A stretch of DNA of 64,000 nt from Callorhinchus milii. Its lineage: Eukaryota. The translations under genes and the position numbers were made by a program. The stretch is taken from positions 31,250,001 to 31,314,000 of the forward strand of contig NW_024704742.1 of NCBI RefSeq assembly GCF_018977255.1, written 5' to 3'. The number at the start of each line of letters is the position of its first letter. Position 1 is the stretch's first letter. The notes beneath the pieces were generated by a model. The model saw nothing but the letters and a program-made list of their open reading frames with translations. It had not been told where the DNA came from and ran no database searches. Shown piece after piece: positions 50,740 through 62,690 of the stretch.

Positions 50740-51400
50740 ACGAAAAATGAAATGCATGATATAGATCCAGTACCTTCATACAATAACAAAATCCAATCTG
50801 TTGGGATACTTCATTTCCATCTCCTAGTTAAATGGTATATAAACCCGATAAATTATTGATCACAATTACAAATCCATATCTAACTGCTATAAATCCAATA
50901 AATATGTTAAATATGCGATGCTCAGAATTTGGGGAAATCGAACCAATAAAATAATTAAATTGAATAGACTTCTTTGCATTTACATTTTTTTCTTTCCGAT
51001 TTACCTTCTAAATAACATGATACATAATTAATATATTAATATCTACAAATCATGCTACTGTAAATGAATCCCATTGCAAACCAATAAATATGGGGCTTAA
51101 TAAATTGTAGCCTTTTCAATGATCTTTCAGAATTCCTCTGCCAGAACCCAGGAATATATTCCTTCTATAATAGTGTATATTCCAGTTTGAGGAATAATTG
51201 AAATGCAACAAATTTCACTGGGAAATTAATTTCATTCCCTAATTGTTGCAAAGATGGGAAAAAAACTTAATACTCAAATATTAGGAACAAATGGACACCA
51301 AATCATTACTGATTTATGTAAAACCAAGTTCAGCAGGGAACAAAATGTTCAATAAATAGGGGATGATGGCAAAAACCTTAGACTTCGGTCATCATCAGGT
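50740..51400 (-). mobile_element. Possible highly decayed L1/Tx1-clade ORF2 C-terminal relic
   Basis: Minus-strand peptides LNILFPAE, FPSLQQL, IAVRYGF and IIYRVYIP occur in the order expected for fish L1 (N.LF.P, F.SF.QL, R.GL, KI.HR.Y.TP); many stops. Confidence 0.35.
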
Positions 51401-52950
51401 CTGGATAAACGTGGTTAGAAATTATTTTGATCAAATAATATTTGATACTATTACCAGGGAATGTGAGATTAAATTCATGTGATTCAGAATGGTTTTGCCT
51501 GGTATCTCTTATTACAATTTAACAAATCTAGTTACCAGACCAAGGACAAATAAAAAGGAAAAATGTGAGTTCTCATGAACATAGTAACCATAAAAAATTT
51601 CAACGCAGAGGAAGATCATTTGGGCCATCTTATCTCTTTGAAAGACCAATCCATTCATTCCTATTTATTTTTTCTCCCTACCCTGAAAACTGCTTGTAAC
51701 AAATACAAACAAGTATACTCGTCCCCCTACCCATCCAATTTCATACAAAGTACATTTGATGCATCTATTTCTAAATTTAATAACAGTGGTCTGGGTGGTG
51801 TGGAGTATTAATAATAATAATAATGTGTTTATTTGACATAGCGCCTTTCTTGTCGGAAAAATGTCTCGAAGCGATTCACAGGATTTACTGTAATGTGCAG
51901 TGACTGTGTCTTTTGTAGGCAAATACGGTAGCTAATTTGCGCACAGAAATATCCCACAAACAACCATAAAGTGAAATTAGGGACAAGAAGAAAAGGTAGT
52001 TGAAATAAAAAAAACTGCTGCCTGTTCTGTTATATTCCTCCCCTGAGTTGCAAACTGAACTGAACCTGCTTTAAAAAGGAGAGGTTGGTAATGCACCAGT
52101 CACATTGTTGACTACATTGACTAATCCTCTTTTGGGGAAGGTAAACAGGTTTTCCTTGGAGCTGAGCTGACTGTTTAGCAATGAAATGTAGGAATTTAGC
52201 CAATCCTCTGTGGCGGTCTTGGTAGTCCAGTTCCTGAGCCAGTTGGAACCACAGTACTCTAGACCAATGCTGATGACAAACCAGCTTGAAAACGCAACCT
52301 TCTGACTCAGAGGCAAGAATGCTACCAACTGAGCCGGGCTGAGACCTGCCCACGGGCAATTATCCCATGCTGCATTTTAGAATCTTGCCTCTTACAGTAA
52401 ATAACTGTGTGAAAAGCAATGATGCAAGAGACAAGTGAACAACAGTATTTACAAATCCAACGGAAATCCCTTTAGTTTAAAGAAGTAAATCAATCAATTT
52501 ATAATTTTTATGCTAGAATATATTCATGCTGTATTAACACAGAATTCAATGCAGGGTAATATTACAATGCTCGATCTGAACAAAAATGATCTGATTGTAT
52601 TTTTAGCGTCAGCAACAAGTGCTGGGGCTTGAATCCTAGCCCTATCTAATGCTGGACACTGGAATGCAACACTGTAGCCACAGCAGTAAGCCTTCGGATA
52701 AAAATGGTCACTCACTTCATGACTATGGGACGTTGCTGTTTGCAAATTGGCTGCCCCATTCTTCCACAAAACACACAGTCAATATCCCTTACAGAACATC
52801 CTGTAAAGAGCTTTGAGATATCTTCCAGATGTGAAATCTGCTACATTATATTAAACGTAATTATTATTATTTTATTATTATGGTGTCCCACTAGCCTACA
52901 GAAATATCCCTCGCAGGTACAGTAATCACATAAAAGTGTTCTTCTAAGTA

Positions 52951-53129
52951 CAGTAAAACTCTTGATAACTTGACCCTGGCTTAACTTGTCACTGCCACTT
53001 AAGTCGTCAGGCTGTCAATATCCCAGCCGCATTTATTTATGTATTTATACAGATGCTTAACTTGCCACTCCAGATAGCTCGTCACTGAACCCTTTTCCCT
53101 TAGAGTGTCAGGTTATCAGGAGTTTACTG
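52951..53129. mobile_element. Tc1/mariner (pogo/Tigger-like) MITE
   Basis: ta|cagtaaaactcttgataacttgac versus right-end reverse complement cagtaaactcctgataacctgac; CAGT termini with TA on the left. Confidence 0.82.
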
Positions 53130-54719
53130 AATGCAAAGCCACATTTGTTCTAATAAATAAATCAAATTTTTGGCAAACTGAAATTCTTCACCACCAGAAG
53201 CAGAATCACAAATGAGATCATGTAAGTAATGATTTCATCTCAATTATAGGAGTTTTGATCTCTTACCTTGTGGTTGCTTCCAACTCATCCCAACACAGTC
53301 CCTGAAGTGGTACCTGCCATCATTTTTTAAGAGAGTGGCAAAAGTTGCTTTTGCACCTCATTGAACGCTCATCCGAACACACACTACAGCAACCAACACA
53401 AGCCTTAGAGTAAAGAGGTGTGTGTGTTTGTGTGTGTGTGTGTTTGGATACGTAGCTCAGAGAGTAGTTATATTGACATCTGAATTGTCCTGATGTGGAC
53501 TAGTTAGGATGCAAAAACAATTTACTGGATATGTCAATTTGGCATTAATGACATTAGATCTCTAAATCAGCCCCACAGACTTAGTAGCTTTTAGAGCCAT
53601 ATAGATTTCAAATAAATTGAATGTTTTAGAAAGAGTCTCAGTAAATTATGAATATGGCACCTGCTACATTAAGCTTTAATACATCTTAATTACTGGCGCA
53701 TTGCCTAAAACCTTCAAGGTTGAAGCGAAAATCTATCAGACTAAGCAGTGCTACAGTGGCCTATGTGTCTATACTATTAAAAGGTTATTATATAAGGCCA
53801 AAGGAAATTAATAATTAGTTTCTCATCACTGCCCACTTCTGTTGGGGGTGTTTGCTTTCACTGGGTTTGTTTCGTAGAAATTGCATCCAACTCTGCCCCA
53901 GGTAATGCCCGCTCTGGATTTTCTGAATCTGTGTTGAGAAATAGTTTGTGATCAGCTCAGTAGTTTTGAGCAGATCCGCTTTGCTTTGATCAACTTAGTT
54001 CACATAAAATAGGTTTGATCCCAGACCGTAAAATTCATGTTTAAACCGTGGACGTTTGTTAAGGCAAAAAAGAACTTGAAATCTTTATAGCGCCTATAAT
54101 GTTGAAACGTTTCAAAACACTTCACATTAATTACTGTCCCATGTAGTGCCTGTTCTTTGTAGCACACAGTAAAGACCTGCAGACAGCCATAAAGTGAATG
54201 ACCATTTATTTGGGGAGGTTGTTAGCCAGGACACCAGGAGAAACTCCCTTCTCTTTTTGAACATTAGCTCGTACTACGGGATAGCTTTAACACCCAGCTG
54301 AACAGGCACAGACTGGCCATTATCTTACTGCGTCATCTCTGAGACGTCTTGAAAACGTGATAAGGAGCTTTATCAAATGCAGCAGAACCCACCATGCAAA
54401 TCTAAAGCTTCATCAATAGTGATCCACCTGATCGGTGTTATATACAATTTTAAAAATATTCCCTTATAAACCTAGCTTTAATTCAATACTTGCTGTGCTG
54501 TGGCTGCCTTGGCATTTTTGCCATCCACAATTGTACCTGCCATTTTTCACACTAATCCCAATGCAAACTGAAACAAAAGTCAGACTGGTTATGTTTTTTG
54601 AAAGAATTATTTTTTTCCCAATCGACTTTCACAACAAGAAAACGGGTATTTACGATGAAAATGGTTAAAAACTAACTTTAAAAGTCTCTGCAACTTCATG
54701 ATCTTGGGTGTATTTGGGA

Positions 54720-55060
54720 GTTACAATGAGTGAATGGACTTGCCTTTCACCTCTATGGTGTGGGGTTGAGCCTAGTCCCACTGATAAGGGTGAACGTTTC
54801 CTCTGGATGTTGCAGGGCTCTTGTGTGAAATGAGGGCAATCTCAAAACAGCGGCCAGTTGGAGTGGCTCATATTTCACTGCCAATCTCAGCAAGAGAGGC
54901 CACAGCACTCTGTGTGTGGGAAAGGGAGAGTTTCACACAAGTGTGGTGTACAGTGCTCGTCTGAGGTTGGAGACTCAGGCATGTTTCTGGGTTGGATGGT
55001 GGGAACTGTTGATTTCCCCTATGATAATATCCCTCACTGAGTGAACAAAAATTCACTCAT
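54720..55060 (+). mobile_element. LF-SINE-related SINE copy (decayed)
   Basis: Collinear motifs gcctttcacctcta, tgtgaaatgag, tctcagcaagagaggcca and terminal aaattcac match the recalled LF-SINE consensus. Confidence 0.6.
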
Positions 55061-55779
55061 GAGGGATATTCCTACACCGACAACAACCTGCAATTATATA
55101 GCATCCCCTCATGCAGGATAGTGTGCCAGAGCGCTATTCCTATCTCACAACAGGACAAAGGGACAGAAAAAGAAGTTTAAAATAATTTTCACAAGTTTCG
55201 TTCTGCCAGGACCGTGAATTCAACAGCTATTGTAAAATCCACCCCCCCACTCTCCCACACCTTGAAATAAAAACCATATACATTGGTGGCTAATATTTAT
55301 AACAGGATTACTTAGTAAGGACACCAAGTGAAAACTCCTTCTGCAAATCAAACGTAGGAAATCTTGCCTTTTTATAGTGCTTTAATACATTGTAATGTCT
55401 GAAAACATCTTACAGCAATTGATGTTAAGTGTAGGGACCGTTTCATGCAGGTAAGGCCATGACATGCTACCCCAACGACTTGCAGGATCTCTAATATGAA
55501 TCATGTCGGACTGGATTTCCCATGAAGTACTTCTAGTATCCTTATTAAGGAATCCCGTTGAAAATTGCTGCATATTAGACTCCATTTTAAAGCACAATAC
55601 ACAAAGTGGAGCCCTTTTTTTAAAAAAAGGATTGACTTACCTATTGGTAGAGATAGTCCTTGACTTCAGTATGTTATTGAATAAATACCCACCATGCCTG
55701 TAACATCAAAAGTTATTGCAATATATCTATTGCAAGTTATATATAACACATTGTATCACACGGTGGAATGTGTGGGATA

Positions 55780-56290
55780 TGAATGGGGTTTTCATTGTTT
55801 GACAGTGTGATAATAAATCCTGCAGAACGCATCAAGCTATGCTTATTTTATCTGAAATACATGGACTTCAGCATGTTTTTGATTAATATCACATGCTGAA
55901 TTCAGTAGCTGAGTGCACGATGACTGATCAATAAGTGTCTTTGTATGTGTGACAAGGATGGCAGGGCTAATGGTGAGAAGTAACATGAGGTAGGAGCTAC
56001 CAGGTGTGCTATTAAGAGGTCATAAACCTGTCTTTCTATCTGAAGAATGATGTGTTGAGCTCCCCGGGTACATACATTTATCAATTGCTTCTGATTTGTA
56101 AGCAATGATAAGTGGTAGATAAGCCCGCTGCTTTATTTACTTGTCTAACGTTAGACAGTCTACCTGAATAGAGCCACTTATCAATTTGCATGAACTCCAA
56201 TGAGTTGAAAGGGGATGTGAAGAGTGTATTAACCATGCAGAAATGACTGTTGAACACGGTAGGTCAGGAGAGGAAAAGGTTTATAAATTA
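55780..56290. promoter_or_regulatory. Candidate conserved non-coding element
   Basis: Repeat-free; clustered tgattaat, atcaat and gataag/ttatc motifs. Confidence 0.3.
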
Positions 56291-56690
56291 CACTTGTCAC
56301 AGGACTATCTGAGCACTATTGTGCGTTCTTGTTTTGAGTTTGCAGCATACCCTAAGGTATGACAAAGGTGTTATGACAAAGAATTCAAAGGAGACTGAAG
56401 TATCTTTGTCATTGGGTTTTACAGAGCAATAGATGATAAACAATAGGCCTTTGCTTGGCTCATATTGCATTGTTAAAGATGTAACTTTCTCCTAAAATAT
56501 TAGAGACGGTGGGTGGGGTGAACGATGCATTACACTTTAAACATTGAAATGGAGGATAGTACAGGGTTGCGAGCTGAGCACCTTTGTACCTGCAAGTATT
56601 GTATTCAAGAACCAAAAGGCACCAAAATCTCCAGGGAAGTCATGATGGGCCAAATAACCTTCTTCTATGCCATTATGCTACAGAACGTGT

Positions 56691-57035
56691 GGAGTCCTGT
56701 AGCAGTCTTGTAGTACCCCATAGTGGTTGGATCACTCACCTTGCAAGCGAGAGGACTTGGGTTCGATTCCCTGGTGGAATGAAATGTTAGGCAAGTTTCC
56801 TTACTCTACACGCCTCTGTTTAGCTAACAGTAAGTAATCACCTGTTAGTTGATTGGCAGATTGCTTTCCGGGGGTAATAACCCCTTCAAATCTTTTATTT
56901 TTTTAAATAATAAATTGGTCAATCAATCCATGACTGTTTGTGAGACACTGCTGAGCACAATTGGCTGCTGCGTTTCGCCCACAAAATATACAATTCAGTT
57001 CACCTTACAGTATATGCTGTGAAGCGCTTTGAGAC
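56691..57035 (+). mobile_element. tRNA-Ala SINE, long form
   Basis: ggagtcctgtagc head, B box ggttcgattccc, long middle segment; its 3' end is interrupted by a minus-strand L2 tail at 57035. Confidence 0.9.
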
Positions 57036-57329
57036 AACAACAAATTACACTTGTGTAGAGCCCTTAACGTCGGAAAGGCATCCCAGGGCACTGGATAATC
57101 AGGGGTTTTGGACCCGAGCTGGGAGTTGGGATCAGAAGGAGAGAAGGGCATCGCTTTATCACATTGTCAAAGTCTCAAATGCAGTCAACAAGTCAATAAC
57201 TGACAACAACAACAACAACAACTTGCATTTAGATAGTGCAGTTCACATGGATAGTGTCTCAGAGTGCTGTAAAACTAAAGACTGGTCGTTGCTCTGAACC
57301 CTTAAGCCCTGCCCCAACACTGTGACAGT

Positions 57330-57635
57330 GATTGGATCTGAAACGCCATCCGAGTAACCATTATCTATGCGTAAGTCTAGACAGTGAGCATCGGCAGGCT
57401 ATTTGACTACAGGAGACAATACAGATGAGCCTGATCTGACCCTTCTCCCATTGTCCACATATGCTCAGTTTACTGCAAGGGTCATCAGGAGTCCAAATCC
57501 TGGTGCTTTTCTGCTTGCCTAACCCTAGGGCATTCAGATGAGGTATACAGCTCTGAATGCTCCCTAGGCTTTCAGCTAGCTCAGCCTGAACTGGGACTGT
57601 GTGGTTCAGTTATACTTGCTGAGCCATTGAGTCTG
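57330..57635 (-). mobile_element. Decayed third tRNA-type SINE family
   Basis: Reverse complement begins tggctcag...ctgaaccacacagtcccag...gctgagctagctga and later has caaatagcctgccgatgctcactgtctag, matching a recalled shark SINE. Confidence 0.55.
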
Positions 57636-59829
57636 TTCTGTCAATCTCAATCAGTGTTACTCAGACATGCATTTAAGTCGAGAATGTGTGCTCCAGTTGC
57701 TTTATGTTGCATTTGAAGACCAAGAGATAACTAAGGCATGAGGTGCAAGTGTTTGCCGATACCCTCCTTCCGATTCCAGCATAAGATAAGTTACTTTATT
57801 CATCATTATCATTGGTAGACTGACATTCAATCAAAAAGGGTTATGTTTGAATTCCAATTCTAAAATAATCATGGTAAGCTTACAGAAGTATGGGTAAAAG
57901 GGCAGGTAAATGGGACTGAAAGGATTGCTCTTAAAATGAGCCAGCACAGACACAATGAGCGAAATGATCTTCTGTGCTATAAATTTCTATGGTTCTAAAT
58001 GCTAAACAAAAACTCAAGAGGTGATTGGTATCAGTGAGCACGCTGTAGTAAGTGTAATAGTGGTTTGCCGGTTTGTACAAGCACAGGAACAAACATTGCT
58101 GAAGTTATTATCTGTCATGTCCCCAACATTTTAGTCAGTGTTCAGTTGTGGACAGGATGTACTTATTTGCTGTTAATGGAATCAAAGCTGGCTCTCGAGG
58201 CAATGGCACCAATGACTCATGCAGGACCTATCTCCAATCTTCGTTCTCGCTCAGTGTGCGAGAGCAGGCTGTTACATGGATTAACGTTCGGCGTATCAGT
58301 CAATTCTATTGTTATATTTACCGAATTCATCAATCCACATGAATCCATCTCTTCTGCTCCATGTGTGCCACTGGTTCTATCTTGATTTTATTTGAGGAGC
58401 GTCAATGATGATTCAAAGGCTCAGGAGTGTTGCACGTGGGTGATCTACTTTTCAAAGCAACGTGGGCAGCGGGAATGATTTGAACTATTCCTTTCCTTAA
58501 ACTTTCAGTCTTGATTCGGCTTCACTCTGAATTAAAAGTCGATTTGGCTTAAACATAACTGGAACCAAGTAGGGAATGTCAGTTGTGCAAAATTCCTTGA
58601 CCTGCAGGGATTCTGATGGATTTGTGAATACTGTGGTTCAGAATCGCTTGGTTCAGAGTCGCAGAGGGAGAGGTACAATGCCTTTGAGCATGACCTGGGA
58701 GACTATGTTCAAGCTAGCCTTGGGCCTTATTACAGGGGTTGAGACCCCATTAAGTTCATTTCATTCCTCACTGTTCTTTCCATTTGACTGATTTGGATGT
58801 CTCTCAACTATTTCAGGATGTCTCTCTAGCCAGGCCCAGAGCAGTCTGTGTCACTTACCTTGGCCACTTGAATTGTCTTAACATTTGCTTTCCTCAGAGT
58901 TAAGAGTTATCATTGATGATGTAATTGAGGACAGCTCAGTTGCTTCACAAAACCTGAAAGACTGTTCACAATTGAGTAATTAATCTGAAGCTCTGAGCAG
59001 AGGAATAGGAAAAACAACTGAGAACAGACCATGACAATTAAATACAGAGAAAGGTGAATAATGCACTGAAAAGAATGAGCTCACCCACTGGTTTAGTTCT
59101 GCTTTAAATTGTATTGCTGCAATTGTACTACAATTACAATACAATTTAGCATATAAGAGGACCAGCAGTTCTCTTAGCATGTGTAACCCGTTAAGTGTAT
59201 CACTCAAAGTTTCTACACAGCGTAATATGTCTTCCAGTGTCTGCTCAAATGTTCTGGGATGCTAACCTGCGTGAGGGGCGCTATATAGATGCAAGTTGCT
59301 GTTGTTGTTTCTGAGACCTATCTACAGTGCAGGGCACTCCACACAGAACAATGTTGTAACGTGCAGAGAAAGTTACGAGTTTGCAAGCAAGGCATTGTTG
59401 ATGGCACAAGAGGCTACCTTTAACTGTTTCAGACATGAGCTTTTCCTGCAATACTAAACTGCCTCCACCCTTCGCTTGTTTCTGTGTTTAAATTTAGGTA
59501 TCTGATAATGAATGCACCAAAACTATCAATGCTCATTACTTTTTTTCCATCGCTTGACTCATGTGCATCTCTTCCTGAGTCATTGTTGCTATTGCAGGCC
59601 CTTCAAACTCCTTTGTTGGGCGAATAGATAAATCAGCAGACATGTAGCTAAATCCCATCACTTCATGATTCCCCATGTCCACCTCCTATTTACATAAGTT
59701 CATTCAGCCACTTATTTACATAAATGTATTCATTTAGGACCCCTTCCTAGGTGTCTCGTCTTGTGGCTGAAGTAACTTGCTTTACCTGTAGTACAATTGC
59801 AGCAGTACAATGGGTAATAATGGGTTTAA

Positions 59830-59985
59830 TTGGTGGTATTTCTAATTGGGATTCCTTGATAAGGAATCCAGGTTGTGCAATTGGGGACTCCTTCCTGTAA
59901 GTATGTCACCCAGCCCATGGGAACTCTATGATCTATTTCTGCATTGATGAGATTATAACTGGATTTCTAATTAAGGTTTCCCACA
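59830..59985 (-). repeat. Unclassified repeat family B, copy 2
   Basis: ggattccttgataaggaatcc hairpin plus ctgtaagtatgtc...gcccatgggaactc; inverted match to 37095-37250. Confidence 0.7.
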
Positions 59986-60361
59986 TTTTCAACCCCTATG
60001 TTCTAACTGGGAAAATGAAACCAAGCAATTTATATGCTATGTGTCGTTAATAGATAAGGTAATAAACTTTACTGAAGTCTTATTCACAGGAGAGGTAGGT
60101 ACAAGGGAACCAACAGTAGAAGGGATTAATGCTACATTTATACAACACAGATAATGCCAATTCAACACTGACTTCACATATAATATAAATCAGGTTTAAA
60201 ATGTGTTTAAAATCAGGTTTTAAATGTGGCTAATAAATGGTGTTAAAGGGATGAGCTGTGAAGAACCACCAGAGAAGCTGAATATTTTCAGCTGTGATAA
60301 GAGACTTCTCTGAGGATAATAATAACAGGAGAAACTAGTGTCAAAAGATTTTTAATGTGCA

Positions 60362-60552
60362 TCTGACCAGAACATGGGACCTTGGTTTAATTTATCATCT
60401 GGAGGATGGCACCTCTGACAATGTAGTACACCACTCCAGTTGTGAAGTATAGTGTCAGTTGAGACAGTGAGCTCAAAGTCCCAATGTGGAAGTTGAACCC
60501 ACAACCTTCCAACCCGAAGCAGGAAGTACTGTGAATGAACCAAGCTGTCAGT
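60362..60552 (-). mobile_element. Deu-domain SINE 5' half
   Basis: gggaccttggtttaatttatcatc...ttgaacccacaaccttc...gaaccaagctgtca. Confidence 0.78.
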
Positions 60553-62254
60553 GCATCTTATAAAGGTATATACAATGTTAAATGAGACTGAGAGAGTAAA
60601 TCTGAAAAATAATTTCAGATACACCAAGGCAGCTTGAAAAGAGGGCACAATTTCAGAATTATGAAGGTCAACTTTAGAATAGTCGCCAGGACTCATTTCT
60701 TTACACAGAGTATAATCAGCAGCTGGAACTGGAAGCTTGGTGGAGGCTAAGACACTAAACTCATTAAAAAACAACTTCAATAGGAAGAAATTTGGGTGTC
60801 CACCTACAGGTAGTTACCAAATACCAATAAGACCCTAAATTCTACCTATCAGTCTCTTCACATGAGGAGTATTATACCCACTATCACTGGTGTAAAGTCA
60901 GCCACCTGAAAGTAAAGGAGCTTCCTCCAAGCAACTACCTCGTACGAAACTAAACTATACGAACTTGGATATCTCAAGTTTGGCTTGTGTGTTGTATACA
61001 TACTATATATGTTTATTGCTTGTGTGTGTATATAATTATATAACTGTGTTGTGTAAGTATTGTATATGTTTATTGCATGTCAGTGTTTGTACTGTGTGTG
61101 TGTATGTATATTACTGTTTGACAATGTACCTACATTTGTGTGACATTCTCACACAAGAAGAGACACATGCAGATTCCCTCCAATGTCTATTGTTCCCCAT
61201 TGAACCCCCTAACAAAATGAATGAAAATGAGCTGTTCTCATTTTATTGTTTCACACTTTAGTAAAATGCCCGTTTCCTTTTGCGCTGATGTGCGTGTGTT
61301 CCCTTGTACTGGGAGAGGACAAGATAAGGCTCTGTTGCATCACTCCAATGGAAATGCCTCACGACACTTACTGACTGGTAACACGTAAAGAATAACCACT
61401 TGAGCAAGGTCCTGGAAAAGAGAAGGAAACCCACCCAAAGCATGCTCGAGCAATGGGAAGCTTGGCGAGGAAAGGGTTAAGCGGATGTTCTGGTAGTCAC
61501 CAGGCACCTACTTCAAAACATGACTGTGTTTTCATTCATGGTTCCCACATGTCTTTTCACTGGAGTCAAAACGCTCAAAATTGCACATCAAAGTTGTTGA
61601 AATAATATGAGTAATACTTTGGTTATGTTCATTATGTGAAGAACACCCATGTATATGAAAAGAAAACAGCATGTTTAAATATCTCACAGTTTCCCCTCTC
61701 AAAGATTTCACGCAGAGGCCTTTATTTTCTCTCCCCCTGTTGATACTGGACGCTTTTCTCCTCGCTACCATGAGCCGGGGCATGGTGACGCTAACACAGT
61801 GATGGTTCTAGCAGCTCATCTGCGCTGTATTTATTTGTACACAGCATGCACTGGTCTTGCAAGATTCCAGTTCCATCTCTGCCTCTGAGCTCATCCACAT
61901 CCCGATCTATTTTGCTTTGTTTTTCAACCCTAGTGGAACAGTGTTAGCCCTGCTTTTTAACCAGGCACGATCTGCTGTCTATAGACCTGTCATGTTGAAT
62001 TGGTTTGGAACAACCGGGAAAAAGGATAGAAACTGAATGGAGAGTGAAAGAGTGGAAAATGCAGGAAAGTGAAAAGAGGTGGTGAGTTGGTGAAATGGAT
62101 TTGTGTGACAGGGGTGCCTAAATATGACTAGGGATACTCACATCTGAAAGTTTTAGGAGAAATAGCAATACAACAATTCCACCTCGGCTCAGTGCCACAG
62201 GTCTAGATGCATTTGAATAATATATTAATATGATGTATTCTGACCAATGTTTTA

Positions 62255-62690
62255 TGAGTTTCTCCCGGTGTCCTAGCCAACAATCCCCAAAGTATAATGG
62301 TCATCCATTTTTTTCACTGGGACGTGGCTGTGTATAAATTAGTTGCAAACAAAAACAGAAGTTGCTGGGAACATTCAATAAGTCAGGCAGCATCTATGGA
62401 GAAAGAAAAGTGAGTCAACATTTCGGGTCCACGACCCTTCATCAGAATGTGGACCCAAAGCGTTGACTCACTTTCCTTTCTCCATAGATGCTGCCAGACC
62501 TGCTGAGTGTTCCGAGCGACTTCTGTTTTTGTTTTCAGATTTCCAGCCTCTGCAGTATTTAGTATTTGTTTTATAAATTAGTTGCGTTCGCCTACAAACT
62601 GCACAGTCACTACATATTACAGTAAATCTTGTGAAACGCTTTGAGACATCCTTCCAACATGAAAGACGCTGTATTGATTGCAAGGATTAT
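62255..62690 (+). mobile_element. Deu-SINE 3' half interrupted by a Penelope-type insertion
   Basis: gagtttctcccggtgtcctagccaa...gggacgtggctgtg before the insertion; gttcgcctacaaa...gcaaggattat after it. Confidence 0.82.
62347..62571. mobile_element. Palindromic Penelope-like terminal-repeat element with hammerhead-like core
   Basis: About 85-bp inverted arms (62347-62430 and 62449-62534); 14-bp TSD tataaattagttgc; minus strand reads ctgatgaagggtcgtggacccgaaa. Confidence 0.8.

Noticed and set aside
56353..56392. atgacaaaga...tctttgtcat hairpin near 56370-56412 as a miRNA
   Set aside because: The stem is too short (10 bp plus weak pairing) and I recognise no known miRNA.
58065..58385. 106-aa ORF in unique sequence
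   Set aside because: No recognisable homology and a TTG start; more consistent with non-coding sequence.
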